A program made the translations under genes and the position numbers. From assembly GCA_051294375.1 (NCBI GenBank), contig CM119267.1:5755992-5819991 (forward strand): a stretch of DNA of 64,000 nucleotides, read 5' to 3'. This document shows positions 28,401 to 42,112 of the stretch, in pieces. Position 1 is the stretch's first letter. Each line of letters opens with the position of its first letter. The notes under the pieces are model-generated. The model did no database searches. It saw only the letters and a list, made by a program, of their open reading frames with translations, and had not been told where the DNA came from. Source of the stretch: Paraspadella gotoi (taxonomy: Eukaryota; Animalia; Chaetognatha).

Positions 28401-29420
28401 TGATTGAATGGATAAACACTGAGAAAACACGTTTTGTCGTGTTTTTTTTTTTTTTTTTGTTTTTGTTTTTTTTTTTTAGTTTCGGCATTGGTATTGAGAT
28501 CTGTTTTCGTCATTATTTACATCCGAGTCGAATATCATTATTTCTCGTCACGAGTTGTTTCTAGAGGCGGTTATTCTAAATATACGGGGTTCTATAGAGA
28601 GGGGGAAAGAGAGAGACTTCTTCAACTTTTTACTTTCCTTCTTTCCTTTCTCAACTTTTTACTTTCCTTCTTTCCTCTTTCTTAATTTCCTTCTTTTGTT
28701 TCTCCTTCGACTTTCTGACTCCTTTTTTTTTTTTGTTTTTCTTTTCCTTTTTCATTTCCATAAATCCGTCTCCACCTTTTGGTCTCATTTCCCAATTTCT
28801 TCCTTCCTTCTCTCTTCTCCTTTTCTTTTCCTTTCCTCTCCTCCACATTTCTTTTTTTTTCTCCTCCTCTCGACGTCTCTCCCTTTGTTTCCTCCCTTTT
28901 CTTTTTCCTCCGATCCTCCATTCACGTCTCTTCTCCTCCTGTCACAGTCTCCTTCTTATTGGACTGATAAATTTCATTAATCCGAAACGATTTCTAACAC
29001 AAAAGGGGACGTCGTCCGAACCGTCGTCGTCGTCGTCGTCGTCGGACAGACAAAGACCGCGAAAAGAGAATGAGGAAAAAAAAAACTGGGGTTCGTTTAC
29101 AGTTTCGTACTGAAACAAAATCGTCTGAAAACTATTGCTGTTAAACAACGCGGAAGTCTGACCTCGAAGGGCTCGTCTTTTTACAACGCGTATAAAATTT
29201 AAATTTATTTCGTCCTCTTTCTCTTTTCTTTCGTAGCCTCGAGAGTTGACCGCTTCGAAAATTTACTGCCAGAGAAAGAAAAACTAGGAGAAAATGAAGG
29301 AAAAAAAACCTGGTTGAGAAATTGTACAAGAAAATGCAGTTCGGATTTCCTTTGTACATGTAGATGAAACCCGAATAAAAGCTACTGTAACAAAAAAATG
29401 AGAGAGAGGGGGAGGGGGAG

Positions 29421-29510
<90 letters not shown>

Positions 29511-29544
29511 AAATTCATCGAGAAAAGCGTCGTCGTCGTCCTCT

Positions 29545-29576
<32 letters not shown>

Positions 29577-30240
29577 AAGACATCGACCTCTTTGGCCTTT
29601 AGCTCTCTAACCGAAAAACCAGCGCCGAAGCGAGAAGCGCACGAAACGCAACCAAAAATAAAAAGCAAGAAAAAAATCGGAAAAGCAAAAACAAAAGAAC
29701 ACGGCAATCGAAAAAGGGGGAAAAAAAAGAAAGAAAGAAAGAAAGAAAATGAAAGGATCTCTACCGAAAGCAAAGAAAAGTAAAAAGCAAATGGGAAAAA
29801 CCTCAACCGCATTAATTTCGTCCAAAAGAAGTTTTTTTCTTCGTATCATAAAAGAGATGAAAAGGACCAGGGGGTTTTTTCTTTGCTTTCCTCTCTCCCC
29901 CACCCACACCCCCCTCTCCGCCCCCCCCCTCGCAATACCCGATTCGCTTTATGATTCTCTTTTTACGAGGTTTGTTGTCGTCGTTAAGTAATGAAGGAAA
30001 AGGACGAAAGGACAATCGAGGAACAAATTCGTTTTCGTGTTCGCTGATTGGTCGGAAACCGCGACATTCGAAAACAAATGATCAAAGGATAAACAAGAAA
30101 AAGGTAATTGATAGGTTTTTGCTGGCGAAGTCGTTTTTGCTCTTTATACTTTTTTTGTTGTTGTATTTCTTTTTCACAGACCTTTATGTAAATTAAATCG
30201 TAAAAGTTTCCTGAACTAAAGTCAAGCCTTGACTTTTCCA

Positions 30241-30362
30241 TTTTTTAGAAGTCGGATCTGCTTCAGCAGACCCGGCTCTATAATTCATTTGGACGCTCCC
30301 AACGGTCGCCGCCCACCCTTAGTTTATAAACGTTTATTATTCCATGTGTGTCTGTCTGTCTT
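30241..30362 (+). mobile_element. Family B element, terminal fragment
   Basis: T-run, then hairpin GTCGGATCTGCTTCAGCAGACCCGGC-TCTATAAT matching the reverse complement of 60947-60985, then TCTG repeats. Confidence 0.5.
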
Positions 30363-30750
30363 TTTTGAGCTCGCTACGATGCTTGGCTCCGATCAGGTAC
30401 AGTCGTTTTCTGTAAGTCTTGTCTCTAGCTCCAATCCCTGACCCAATCTCCCGACAACGGACCTAATCAATCCGTTTGGACACCGTATCTGCCACCATCT
30501 ACAACCAAATCCCTACGCCCCCCCACCATGGGCTCGGCGAAAAAGGTCCCCCCATCTCCTCAACGGTCGAGTCTTTGGCAGATCGGTCACTATTGCTTCC
30601 ATCTCGAAAAGACGTCATAAGCGATAACATGTTTCCTTCTGGCGTTAATCCGTCCTAGAACATGAAAAATCTGGGACGACGACGACGAAAGACGAGGATT
30701 AAAGGGAGAAGGAGAAAAGCGTTCACTCCGTCCAGAAGAAAAGAGAAAAT

Positions 30751-30894
30751 TAAAAAGGAAAGAGAGGCAGGAGATGAAAACTAAAAAGGAAAGAGAGGCA
30801 GGAGATGAAAACTAAAAAGGAAAGGGAGGCTGGAGATGAAAATTAAAAAGGAAAGAGAGGCAGGAGATGAAAACTAAAAAGGAAAGAGAGGCAG
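30751..30894 (+). repeat. 31-bp tandem repeat x~4.6 (TAAAAAGGAAAGAGAGGCAGGAGATGAAAAC)
   Basis: Direct reading. Confidence 0.9.
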
Positions 30895-33160
30895 AAAAAG
30901 AAGACTGAAAAGAGAAAGAGGCGCAAGGAGAAAAAAAAACACAAGGGAGGCAGGGACCAAAAAAGAAAAGAAGGGAGGAAAATAAAAAGTAAATGGCGGC
31001 AAAATCGGAGAAAAAAGAATAAAAGGGAGGTACGAGAAAAAGAATAAGAAACGAATGAGGCACGAGAGGAAGAAGAAAAATGAAGGAAGGGGAGGGAAAA
31101 AAAAAAGAGGAAAAGATATAAAAAAAAAGGAAAGAAAGAAACAATACGGCTCCTTCGGATCAGCCATGTACGAGTCGGATTACGGTTATGTAAACTGCAC
31201 CATTTCCATTGAGACCATAACCGTTAGTTCTGCTCGTCAGTCGGGATTTTCTCCCGGGTTTTGTTTCTAGGCCATTAGGATATGAGTTCATTTATTAATA
31301 TATTTTTTAGCGGGAAAAAAACATTTTGGTTTAAAATTATCTTCACTTTTTATGTAATGATCTTATACTGTTTTACGTTTCTGACGCAGTTTTTCGTTCG
31401 TCACATATTTTATGTTTGCTTTTTTTTTCCTTTTTCGTTCGTATCTACTCTTTTGTACTTTTAAAAAGAATACGAAAAAGTCTTTTTCGTATTCTTTCTT
31501 CCAGAGGAAATCATCCGAGGAACTCTTTATCCTATTCCTCCTCTTCCTCATCTTTCTCAGTTTATTTTCCCAGATTTGTTTTTTTTTTTTTTTTCTCTCT
31601 CTTTCCTTCCGCGGCCGATCTTTGGTTGCGGAGTCTCTAACAAACGAACATCGTAAAAGGAAAGAGAGAGAGAAAGGAGAGAAAAAGAGAGAGAGCGAGA
31701 AGAATTTCGCATCTCTTTTCCTTTTTCTCTCTTCTTTTATCTCTTTTCTTTTTCCCCTTTTATATATATTTTTCTCTTCCCTCTCCCTTTTTTTTATTCT
31801 TTTTTATATCCATTTTCCTTATTTTTTATGTTTGCCTCCTCTTTCATCTTTTTCTCAGCTTGAGGCAAACCGGAGCAGCGACGCCGAAAAAACATATTCG
31901 GAAAGCATCTCGGTCCGATAAAGAAAAAGATACCGACGCCTTAATTCTCACGCTTCATTCCGCAGTCCGACGCGGCAGCAAACAAATAGAGAAACCGAAG
32001 GCTGCGTCTGTACTTATAAATTGACTGTGTTTGACAGTCCGCATAGTTAATTAAAACACCATCGACTCCTATGCTTTATTTTTCTTCGTTTTGCGTCTTG
32101 TGTGATTCTTTATCGAACTCTGGTGGCGGAAATAAACTTCCAAGGAAAGATTATCGACAAAAAGAAATTGGAAAGCTTTCTATCTTAAATTGGGGATTCG
32201 TACAGTTTTTGAGCCCGTTTGTATGACAGTAACACCACTTAATCTCGCAAACATTTTAAGATTGACCCTACGTAAAAAAAAAAGAACAACCAAGGAAAAC
32301 CGATTTTAACAAACAAAGTCTTACGTTAGAAAATTTAAATTATGGAACGATAACCCGAAAATTTCGAGGAACTGAAAACGTATAGATGAGTTATGGAATT
32401 AACATTTAAGTTGTATTGAAATTTTCATAAAAGCATTATACAATACGTTTTAATTTGTTTTTCTTAAATGGCTTTCGCAAAAGTTGTTCTTTTACTTAAT
32501 AAACTAAAAGTCCGTTTCCTAGCGCGCATGTAGCTCGCTCGAGTGGAGTTTTCAAAAGTTAAACAAAGTAACAATGAACGAGCAGCGAGCGTTTCGATTT
32601 CAATTTAATACTGCAAAGGCGCCAACATATTTATTATATATTTATAATATAATTTTATATTATGAAAGTTGCAAAATTACTTGTTTCACTATTATAATAT
32701 AATATTAAGTGAATGGATAATTTTTATATATAATCTTAATTTCTAAAAATCTGCCAAATTTCCGCACAATTCTATTTTGTTACGTTCAATGTATCCAACG
32801 TGTTAAAACATTTTAAATGCCATTTACTCTTTTAACATAGTAAAGACAAACGAAGCCCTTTTTTCTTGGTTTCTTTTTTTTTCTGTTAAATCAAGCATTT
32901 CTGTACACAAAAAGACGCCAGAAAAAATTAATAAATTTACACAAGTTGTTTTTGAAACTATATTAAAAAATAACAATTAGTACAACTAAAAACAATTAAA
33001 TTCAATAAACAATTTGATTTAGTTTTGCCTCTTGGCAATACAATCAAAGACGAGAGAATGGTTCATTCGTTATATACAGCAAATTAACAAAATAACAAAA
33101 AAAGTATGAGTGAAAATGAAGGCCTACAAACAAAAAATCCGTTTCGCCTCATATCGATCT

Positions 33161-35142
33161 TCAGTCTTTGATGATCAACAAACTTCCTTCCACCTCGACA
33201 TTCTCGGCGCAACTCGTCTTCAAGACGCAGACTTCTTCTGACTCTCGATAAGAGGCACCGACGCAGGCCTCGGTCGCCATGCAGGCCTCGGCGCATTCGG
33301 TGAGGGTCTTCATTTCCTGCGCTGCGGCGGTCGGAGCGGCGGTCGGAGCGGCGGCGGTAGCGTTGAAAACGGCGGTTGAGTTGACATCGGCGAAAGTGAC
33401 GGGTGCGAGGTCGTTGCCGGGGCAGTCGCGTCGAAGGTGAAGGGTAAGGCTAGGTCGGGAAAGGAAGCGATTCATGCCGTAGATGACGACGATGATGCAA
33501 ATGATGAAGAAGAGGAAGCTCGTCACCGTCAGCCATCTGGCGGAGGATTAAGGGAAACGAGGAAACGGTTAAAATTAGGCTGGAAAATTAAAATAAGAAC
33601 GAAAAATAAACAATATTAATGATATTTTTCTACTTTTTCCCCCCAAAATTCCTTTTTTTTTTTAATTTTTACTTTTTTTTCTTTTTCCATTCAATTTTCT
33701 TTCATTTTCAATCTTTTTTAGATTTCTATTTTGCATTTTTTTTTTTTTTTGTCAAAGTCTAATAGAATCTCTAATCTCTATGTATCCCTCCCTCTTTCTT
33801 TATCTATCTTTCACACGCCTTACTTAAATTTCTCCGAATTAAATAATGATTCCACGTGAGCGACGGTGTCGGACACATCATCATCCGCCCGATGGGAGTT
33901 GGGGCTCCATTCGATCGGGCGCCAAGCGGGCAGCGAGGGGCATTTGGGGCAGGAGAAGGTCCTCTTGGTCCTCAGGTCCTCGTCGTCTTTGCCGTCGTCG
34001 ATGGTCATCTCTTCGGGTTGGATCTCGATGGAGACCATGCCGTCTGTGATAAAAGAGGAAAAAGGCGGGAATTTTTAAATTCATTTCGAATCGTTTATTT
34101 CAAAAGCAATCTCGAAGAAAACTTTAAAATTATATGAGCGAAAAAAATTATGTTAGATATCCCTTATCGTTTAGTTTAGATAAACTAAAGAAAAAATCTT
34201 ATCATTAAAAAACTTACTCTCGCCCTTTGCATGTCCGTTTTGTTTTTCTTCGTCTTGGTCGGGAAGTTCTTCAGCCTAAAAAGGAAAAAAGTGTTGATTC
34301 AGAGTATTTAAAATTTTTATTTATAAAAGTCTGAGAACTAAAAATTAAATTTTCACATCCTTTATTGTAAAACTTGAAAAGCTCATTCTTTAGAATTTTT
34401 TTCATAATAATAAACGGGTCCGCTTTTACGCATTCACTTTTTTACCCAAAAAAATTCGGTCGTGACAAAAACCAGACTTTCCCCCCCCGAGGCCAAAAGA
34501 TTTGAGAAATAACATTTTCAATCAATCCTAAACGGTAAAGTTACAAATTCGAAAACCGTCTGCGAGTGTTGAATTTTAATATTAACGAATGACAAAAATA
34601 ACGAGATAATTAAAATTATTAAAAATACCGGGTAACGGTACGCCATTGAATGATTTAGTTGCTTAAGACAATATTAATATATATTATATGAAATTGGTAC
34701 AACTAATATAAAAATTATCCATTCATTTAATAAATAAGCTATCTTGCCCCTGACTTTGGATAGGCTTTGGTGGTTTAAGGCCTCCATCATTCTTACAAGA
34801 TAATGAGATAGCAGGTTCCTGCAAGATTTCAATCAAGACTCTCTCACAGTATTGTTTTTTGTCTCCCAAAGTGTAATATATTATATATAATATATTAATA
34901 TTAATACACACCTCCTTCAACGGTACGATGGACGAATCCAGATCCAACGCCACGTTGCCATTCAACTCTACCTCTTTGGAGGCGTCCTTTTCGACCTCGG
35001 TGGCGGACTTCGTCGCCTCGGCGTTCTTCTCGTTCTTTTCGGCGACGTCGGGCGGCGTCGTTTCGACGATCGGCGCCGATTCGTTGTCGGCGGCGACGTC
35101 CTCGGTGTTGACGGGTTCGTAAGCGGGTTTCGCGTCCATCAT
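33161..35142 (-). CDS. Type II single-pass membrane protein with C-terminal PAN/apple-like domain (4 exons)
   Basis: Exons 35142-34912, 34275-34218, 34043-33824 and 33536-33161 join in frame across GT-AG introns. Acidic N-terminus, TM segment WLTVTSFLFFIICIIVVIYGM, then DCPGND...CAEACMATEACVGASY...CVLK. Confidence 0.75.
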
Positions 35143-35410
35143 TAAATTTTAATTTGTTTTTATTTGGTGAAAAAAAAATATCGGGATGGAGAGAAGGAGA
35201 GAATGAAAGAAAAAGGGGAAAAATGTTTCGTAGTCGAGATGGAAATTTGGAGAGATCGAGTTGTGATGAGGCGTCGATGGGAACGAGAGGGGTAAAAGAG
35301 GAAGAGGATGAGGAAGAAGATGAAGGGGAGGAGGTTTCGGGCTTCGTGACCGGCTGCGAGACCCCGCCCTAAGATTCTAAGTAAGAACAAAGTCTGACAG
35401 AAGAAGCGGT

Positions 35411-35495
<85 letters not shown>

Positions 35496-36680
35496 TCTTT
35501 CGACACCTTTTTATTTCTATTCCCAAGTTCTTCGAATGGTTAATATTTTTGTAAAAGTTTTTTTCACTACTAACTTCGGCGATTCGACTCCTAATAACCT
35601 CGGCTTTCTAAATCTCGTTGTCCCGCAGTCAGGCATTACGCTTGATCGGTCATCGCTGTACCCTCTAATTCCCGCGCCCTCTCTCGTCTCTACCCAACCC
35701 GTCCGTTCGGCCCCTCGGGTCGCCCCCCCCCCTTTTTTTTTTCGTGCCTTCATTCACGGACTGGGATTATTCATTCACTCGCCGATCGGAGCAGGGGCCA
35801 TTCATTCATTCGCGAAGGACGTCATGCGTGGCCGATGAAAACGAAAACTTTTCTCTTTTGGTCTTCGACTCGGAACTTTGGACGGCAGGCCTGGCTGCGG
35901 AGAGGGGGGGGGCGTTGCCAGAGGGAAGTCGAAAGACTCGCGGGAAAATATCGAGAATTGATCTCGAACATCGATTAAAGTATCGCGAGCTATAATAAAG
36001 GAATTGGTACAATTAAATTTCTTATACAAAAGTCTTCTAATAATATTATTCGTTTCGAAACCCATAAATTTTATGAACAAAACATTCTAGAAATTTCCTT
36101 CTTATAATATTGCGAAGATGTCCTTATAATATATTTTGTGTTAAATCCTACTCAAGGAATATACAATAAAAATAGCCCGACAATCAGACGGGCGTAAACA
36201 AATCTTCAAACATAAATCTGTAAAAGCTGTAGAATGAGAGGTTTCCCACAAAACCATTCATTCAAATGTTCCTTGATCTTTCACAATAGAAGCCCATTAA
36301 TTACAACCGAAGCAGACTAGATTTAAACCACAACCGATCGCGAATTGTAGCCGATTTTCGATCGACGCGGTTCTAAGCCCCACAAAATCTCTCATCCAAA
36401 TCTCCAACGAGCGACATCGATAGGCACCGAGAATAAGGGATCGCGGCAAAGGATTCCTATTCTCCATCTCAACACAAAAGAAGATCATCTCGTTGGGGAA
36501 AAAAAAAAACAAAAAAAAACAAATTTTCGGACTCTCGATCATCGGCGCTGACTATATCTTCATCTTTCTCTCTCAGAAAAAAAAAATCTGACCCATATTT
36601 CATCCTGGTTCGAATACCGCCCCCACCCCCCCCCTCATTCCTTTTCTTTCTTGGTTCACCGAAAACAAAAAAATAATCAA

Positions 36681-36762
<82 letters not shown>

Positions 36763-39096
36763 CGGTGAAAAGTTGAGGAACCTGAGAAGAGAAACTTTTA
36801 TTTCGAACGGGATTGATGGAGATTTTCTTTTTCTTTTTTTTTTTTTTTACGACGAGCGAATTGATCCTGTCATTTTCTTTATGGGTTTTTTTCTTTTTTA
36901 GAGCGAATTGATCCTTTCATCTCTTACTCTTTTATTTTCGGATGAAAGGCGAATTATGCTGTTAAATCTCCGTTTTTCCAAGATTATCAAACAAAAAAAA
37001 ACGATGGAGTATGAGTTATTGAGCAAGGTTAAATAAGAAAAGGGTTACTATCTTAATTCTCCAATGAAAGCACTCAGAAGCTCGGGATGTCTTTAGCAAA
37101 TAAACAAAATTACTCACTGAACAAACTAACACAAAATAGAAAAATACTTTTTCTTAAGAATTTTTTTTCCTAATTTCAAAACCAAAATAAAAACTTATCC
37201 TCCCGGGGTTACATTATTTTTCTCTGGTGAGGCTCCGAGGTATTCCCCCGACGGGTACGTCTTCGTGGCCAATCAAATGGCGACGGGTGGACCAATCGGA
37301 CCAATCAGCGCTCGCTCCCTTAATTGAAGAGGGAAAAAGAATAAAAAAAAAGAGGCGCGGCCACGAGGTCGTGGGGATGAAGGAGAAACGAGGACTCGTG
37401 GCCGACGCTGCCAGAGATTTTCCAGATGAACGCCGCGCCTAAACAAATAAATGAGAATTCTGAATTCGGCGGCGAAGAGAGGAGAGGGGTCCGAAAAGAT
37501 TTGCAGAGGACAGCGGCGATGCTGAATCTTCGAATAAGACTAGGGCTCTTTATGACCCAGGTTGCTACATCCTTAATAAATTTCTGAAATTTAATCAGCA
37601 TCCAATATTACAATTTCATTCCTTTGCTCTTTGAAATATTATTTAACAAATTTCGAACTTCACGAATTTTTCTTGTCTGAAAACTGGCGACGCAATCGAG
37701 TACTTCCATCCCATCCGCTCTTGCCCCCCCCCCCCGACTCGCTCCCCAGTTTCGTAGCTCGACTTCGATGCGCGCAGAAATACAAACAACACGTGCTACC
37801 AAAAGTCGGTCTCTGTTCAAATCGACTGGGGGTTCTTTGGCTGGTTCGTTTGTTTCTTTCCTTCTCTCTCTTTCTCTCTCTCTCTCTCTCTCGTGAAATC
37901 ACCCGGAGGAATTTTCGGGATTTGTTTACGCGTTGTACAAAAGGGTAAGGCGATGGAAAGGGGGAGCCCTTTGGGGGGGGACGCTTGAGGAAATTGGGCC
38001 GCCCCTCGCATTCTCGGGGGGCTTCGTTTGTTTAGAGGGCGAGATTTTTGGCTTCTTATCTTGATCTGGGTTTCTGCAACGTTTGCCTCGAGGGGAAGGG
38101 GCAAAGGTTGGGGGTAAGTGTTGGAGGAGGGGGGAGGAAAAGGGGAAGGGCAAAAGGGGGAAAGATCATAGCGAGCTGAGGGAGAACTGAAGTTTTTTTG
38201 TTTTCGCGACAACGGCGATGACAGATTACATTTCCAAATGTAGAAAAGGGGATCGAGCGCAAAGTTTTTTTGCTCACCAGTATCCAACGATATTGCATTT
38301 TACGACCAGGTCGGCGATCCGTCAGAATGAACATCTTTACCGACGACGTAAACCAACTCGTATTATCGCTGTATTGTCTTTTTCTATTTCCCTACGTGAT
38401 AATTACGAGCCACCATTCAAGGGCCTTTCTTATTATCTTATTCGGTCTACCCATAGCCCAAAAACTGCGACCTTTTACGTTTTAGTCCATGGGTCTTTGA
38501 GGAATTCGCTGTTTCGACGAACCGCGGACAGAGTTCGGCCAGAATTTAGAGTAGAGTATTCAGAATCATCCGCGAATGAGGCTTCGGTTAATCGGAGACG
38601 GGAAGTCCAGACGAAGCGAGAGAGAGNNNNNNNNNNAGAGAAACAGACAGACAGACTGACTATCCTGTCCAGAAAAGACAAATCCCTGAAAGGAATGATC
38701 GGCTCTAAACTAAACACAGAAAAACCAAGTCCTATGGTAATCTGGCGAGCTGTACCAAGAATACTTTATTAAAAGTTTTAACTTTGCTAAATTTCATACG
38801 TACAGAAACCAAAGAATTATTACTGATATTTATGTATAATATTGTATATTGTATATTCAACATCATAAAACAACAGCCAGTTCACGGATGAACACACAAA
38901 AATGAGCTTAAAAATTTTCAAAATGATCTCATAAGGTTTTTTATTATATCATGTTCAAGTAAATTGTATATAGAGTATTGAAAATATGTATCGTAAACAC
39001 TAAACAGAGCGAGAGATTAAGTCTAAAAAACGGCAACAAATCCAATGTAACAGCGCGGTGAGTCATTTTCTCCGTTATAACCCGACGAATCAACCA

Positions 39097-40754
39097 TCAA
39101 GTATGTCCCTTCTCCGGATCGGTCCAACCCTCCACGGCCTCTTCCACCAAGGTGGCGTCCTCTTCAACGTCCATGAGGAGCTTCTTGCCGACGACTTCTT
39201 TCAACCACTGTGGACGAACGCCATGCGGTTCGGCTACCTGATAAATAATCATAATTAAAAAACCGCGTTTAATAAAGGAAACTAAAAAATGAAACGAATT
39301 TTAATCAATGAAATCCTGTCTTCTTCAAACCCATCCCCCCACCTCTCCGTAATCTCTCCTGCCCCGCCTCACAACCTTGACGACGAGAACGTCTTCAGCG
39401 AGCGTCTCTCCGGCTTGCAGCCTCCTTGCAGCGACGAGCGACTTCCCGAGTTTACCGCGGCACGCCTCCTCCGAAGCCATGATCCTCTTCTCCGGACTTC
39501 CCATGGCCGCTTCAACCAGACGGACAGAGCGGACGAGCTCCTTTAACTCGTGAGGTTCGAGACTTCCTTCGTGATCGCTTCCTTTCAGAGTTTTGTCAAA
39601 TGTCACGTGGCGTTCTAAAACCTGGAAAAAAGAAAAATGGGGGGAAAAAATTTAGTTTTGACCGGGTTGCTAGAAATCTTAAAAAAGTAGTAGTAGTGGT
39701 GGTAGTAGTAGTATTTAAATGAATGATATCTTTCGAATCCCCAGTCTCTCCTCGCCTGTAATCGCAATATATATACCTTAGCGCCCATCGCGACAGCAGC
39801 GACGGAGATGGGGATCCCAGTCTCGTGTCCGCTGTAGCCGACGGGAATATCGGGAAATTCCCTGGCGTACGTTTGGATGCATCGAAGGTTGACGTCCTCA
39901 GCGCCCAGTGGGTAAGTGGAGGTGCACTGAAGTATGCAAAAGTTCGGGTTGAGACTCTTGACGGTCTCGTAAGCGGTACGGACGGTCGCCATGTCGCACA
40001 TGCCCGTCGAAACGACCATTGGCTTCTTCTTGGCGGCGGCGTGAGCGAGGTAAGTCGTGCTGTTGGTGTCGTTGGAGGGAACTTTTAAAAAAGGGACCTA
40101 CATGGGATAAAAAACGTTTCCAAGTCTTATTTAAATAAAAAAGTTTCCATTTTTCATTTATCATAACACAATAAAACCCCGTGATGCCAATAAGTTCACT
40201 AATATTATCCAATCGAATAACATCATCACCTTCAAATCGTCGAGAAGAAAGTCTATGGCCTTGAGATCCATCGCCGAAGCGGAAAAAAAGATTCCGACTT
40301 CAGCGGCGAATTTCTGCAGCTGACGGTATTCGTCGTGGGAGAACTCGAGATGGCGCTTGTGTTCGCCGTAGGTGTCGCCCCACGAATGTTTAGAGAGGTA
40401 GGGGCGCGCGAGAGCTTCTCGGTTGAATTTGTGTTCGAGTTCGCTCTTTTGGAACTTGGCGCAGTCCGCCCCGCAATCTTTCGCCATTTTGATCATTTGC
40501 TTGGCGATTTCGATGTCGCCCTTGAGGGTTTCAGAAAAAATGAATACAAAATACAGAAAACAAAACGAGAAAAAATTATGCCTTAATCATGTAACAAATA
40601 AAATACTAATTAAAATTTTGTGAACTAATTCATTTAAAAATATTTATTCCCTCGTCACTCTCACCTGATGATTTTGTCCGATTTCGGCGATGATGAAGCA
40701 AGGGTGGCCGTCGCCCACGAATCGGCCGGGACAAAGTTCGAACTCTCTCGGCAT
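39097..40754 (-). CDS. NANS: Sialic acid synthase (N-acetylneuraminate-9-phosphate synthase), 5 exons
   Basis: PCFIIAEIGQNHQGD, GADCAKFQKS, SKHSWGDTYGEHKRHLE, STGM, LQCTSTYP, GYSGHE, ERHVTFDK..GSDH and a C-terminal SAF/antifreeze-like domain. Exons ~40754-40665, 40520-40230, 40097-39777, 39621-39376, 39237-39097. Confidence 0.95.
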
Positions 40755-41045
40755 CTCGGGATTGATTGGTCTCGGATTGATGAATCTTTTTGCAAGAAAA
40801 TATGGAACCCAGAGATCAAGTAAAATATTTTTCTTAAAAAGAAAACAAGGTCGTCAGCATCCATTATCTTGTCAAACTCCAAGGCATGTTAAGTTGTAAA
40901 AATAGATATAATAATAAATCTTGAGACTGAAAATGGTCATTTTAACCAAACCTCACTTGGATGCTCGCAGAAAAAAAAAAAGAGAAATGCAAATTAAAAA
41001 TATTAAAAATAAAGGTCAATAAACGCTACCGAGAATTCTCATTGC

Positions 41046-41963
41046 TCATCCGTGATCCTCTTCACCGGGACCGGGACATTGTTTGTCCATGGTTTCTTGA
41101 TTGTCGTACTGCGTCCCGCACCAACTGCAGAACCAGTAGGTCGACCTCAGGTATTCGTTGATGACGAGGAGTTTATCACGCGGTTCCAGCTCCTCTTCAT
41201 CATCATCATCATCATCATCATCCTCCTCATCGACGACGACCGCCGCCGAGCTGCCACCTTCCTCTCCATCTTCCTCTCCTTCCCCCGTCTTCCAATAACT
41301 CTCTGGCCAGTACCATTTGTAAACTGGTTCGGTCCACCCTTGCTCAGTGTCGAGCTGCATGCAAACATTTTGCGCGTCCCTCAACTCGCCCGCCGTTTTC
41401 TTTCCGACGAACTTGTCCCTCATTCGCTGACGATAGTCTTCGGTGATGGTGGCTTCGTTGGCCTTGCGGCGTTTCACCTTTTAAAAAATATAAGAAAGAA
41501 AATGTAAACCACTGAATAGGATTTATAATATTGACAATAACGTCAAAATCTTAACTCCCAAGAACCAACTCACCAACTTCGCCACCAACTCCTTCTGCTT
41601 CCTCTTCCGGTCCGCCTCGCCACCCAACCCTTCCCGTGTCGTCTTCACGTTGATAGGGACGGGTTCCTTGCGCCCGTCCCCGGCCTTGCCCAGGGCCATT
41701 CCCTCTTTGAAGCCCATCTTGGCCAAAAGTTTGAAGCCTTTGTTGCCGGTGTCAAGCGCGGTTTCCAACCCCTCCTCCCGCTTTTCGGCCTCAAGGACCT
41801 TTTTCGGCTTGAACCTCTCTCGATGGCCTTTGTCGAGTTCGGCTTTTTTTCGGTCGAGGGCGAAGCGCCGCTTTGAGGCTCCGTGTACCAGTCCGGGCCG
41901 GACGTCCGCGCAGGCGCCTAGAACGGCCGCCGACATGTAGTCTTCCTCCTCGGAGGAGGACAT
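41046..41963 (-). CDS. GPATCH11: G-patch domain-containing protein 11 (2 exons)
   Basis: EEDYMS..DVRPG, G-patch NKGFKLLAKMGFKEGMALGK, C-terminal YLRSTYWFCSWCGTQY..CPG (DUF4187-type). Intron 41573-41478. Confidence 0.92.
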
Positions 41964-42112
41964 TGGAGTTCCAAATGCTGGAGTAACTTTCTCTTTAAAT
42001 AATTATAACAGAGTGAATATTGAATAACTGGTAATAAGAAAAACAACAATTAAATCTCGATCTTGACAAAAAATCTAAAAACTTTTGTCAAAAAAACATC
42101 CGTGATCGGTTT

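Noticed and set aside
36560-36625. GGTTCGAATACC B-box-like tRNA motif
   Set aside because: No A-box, acceptor stem or cloverleaf upstream.
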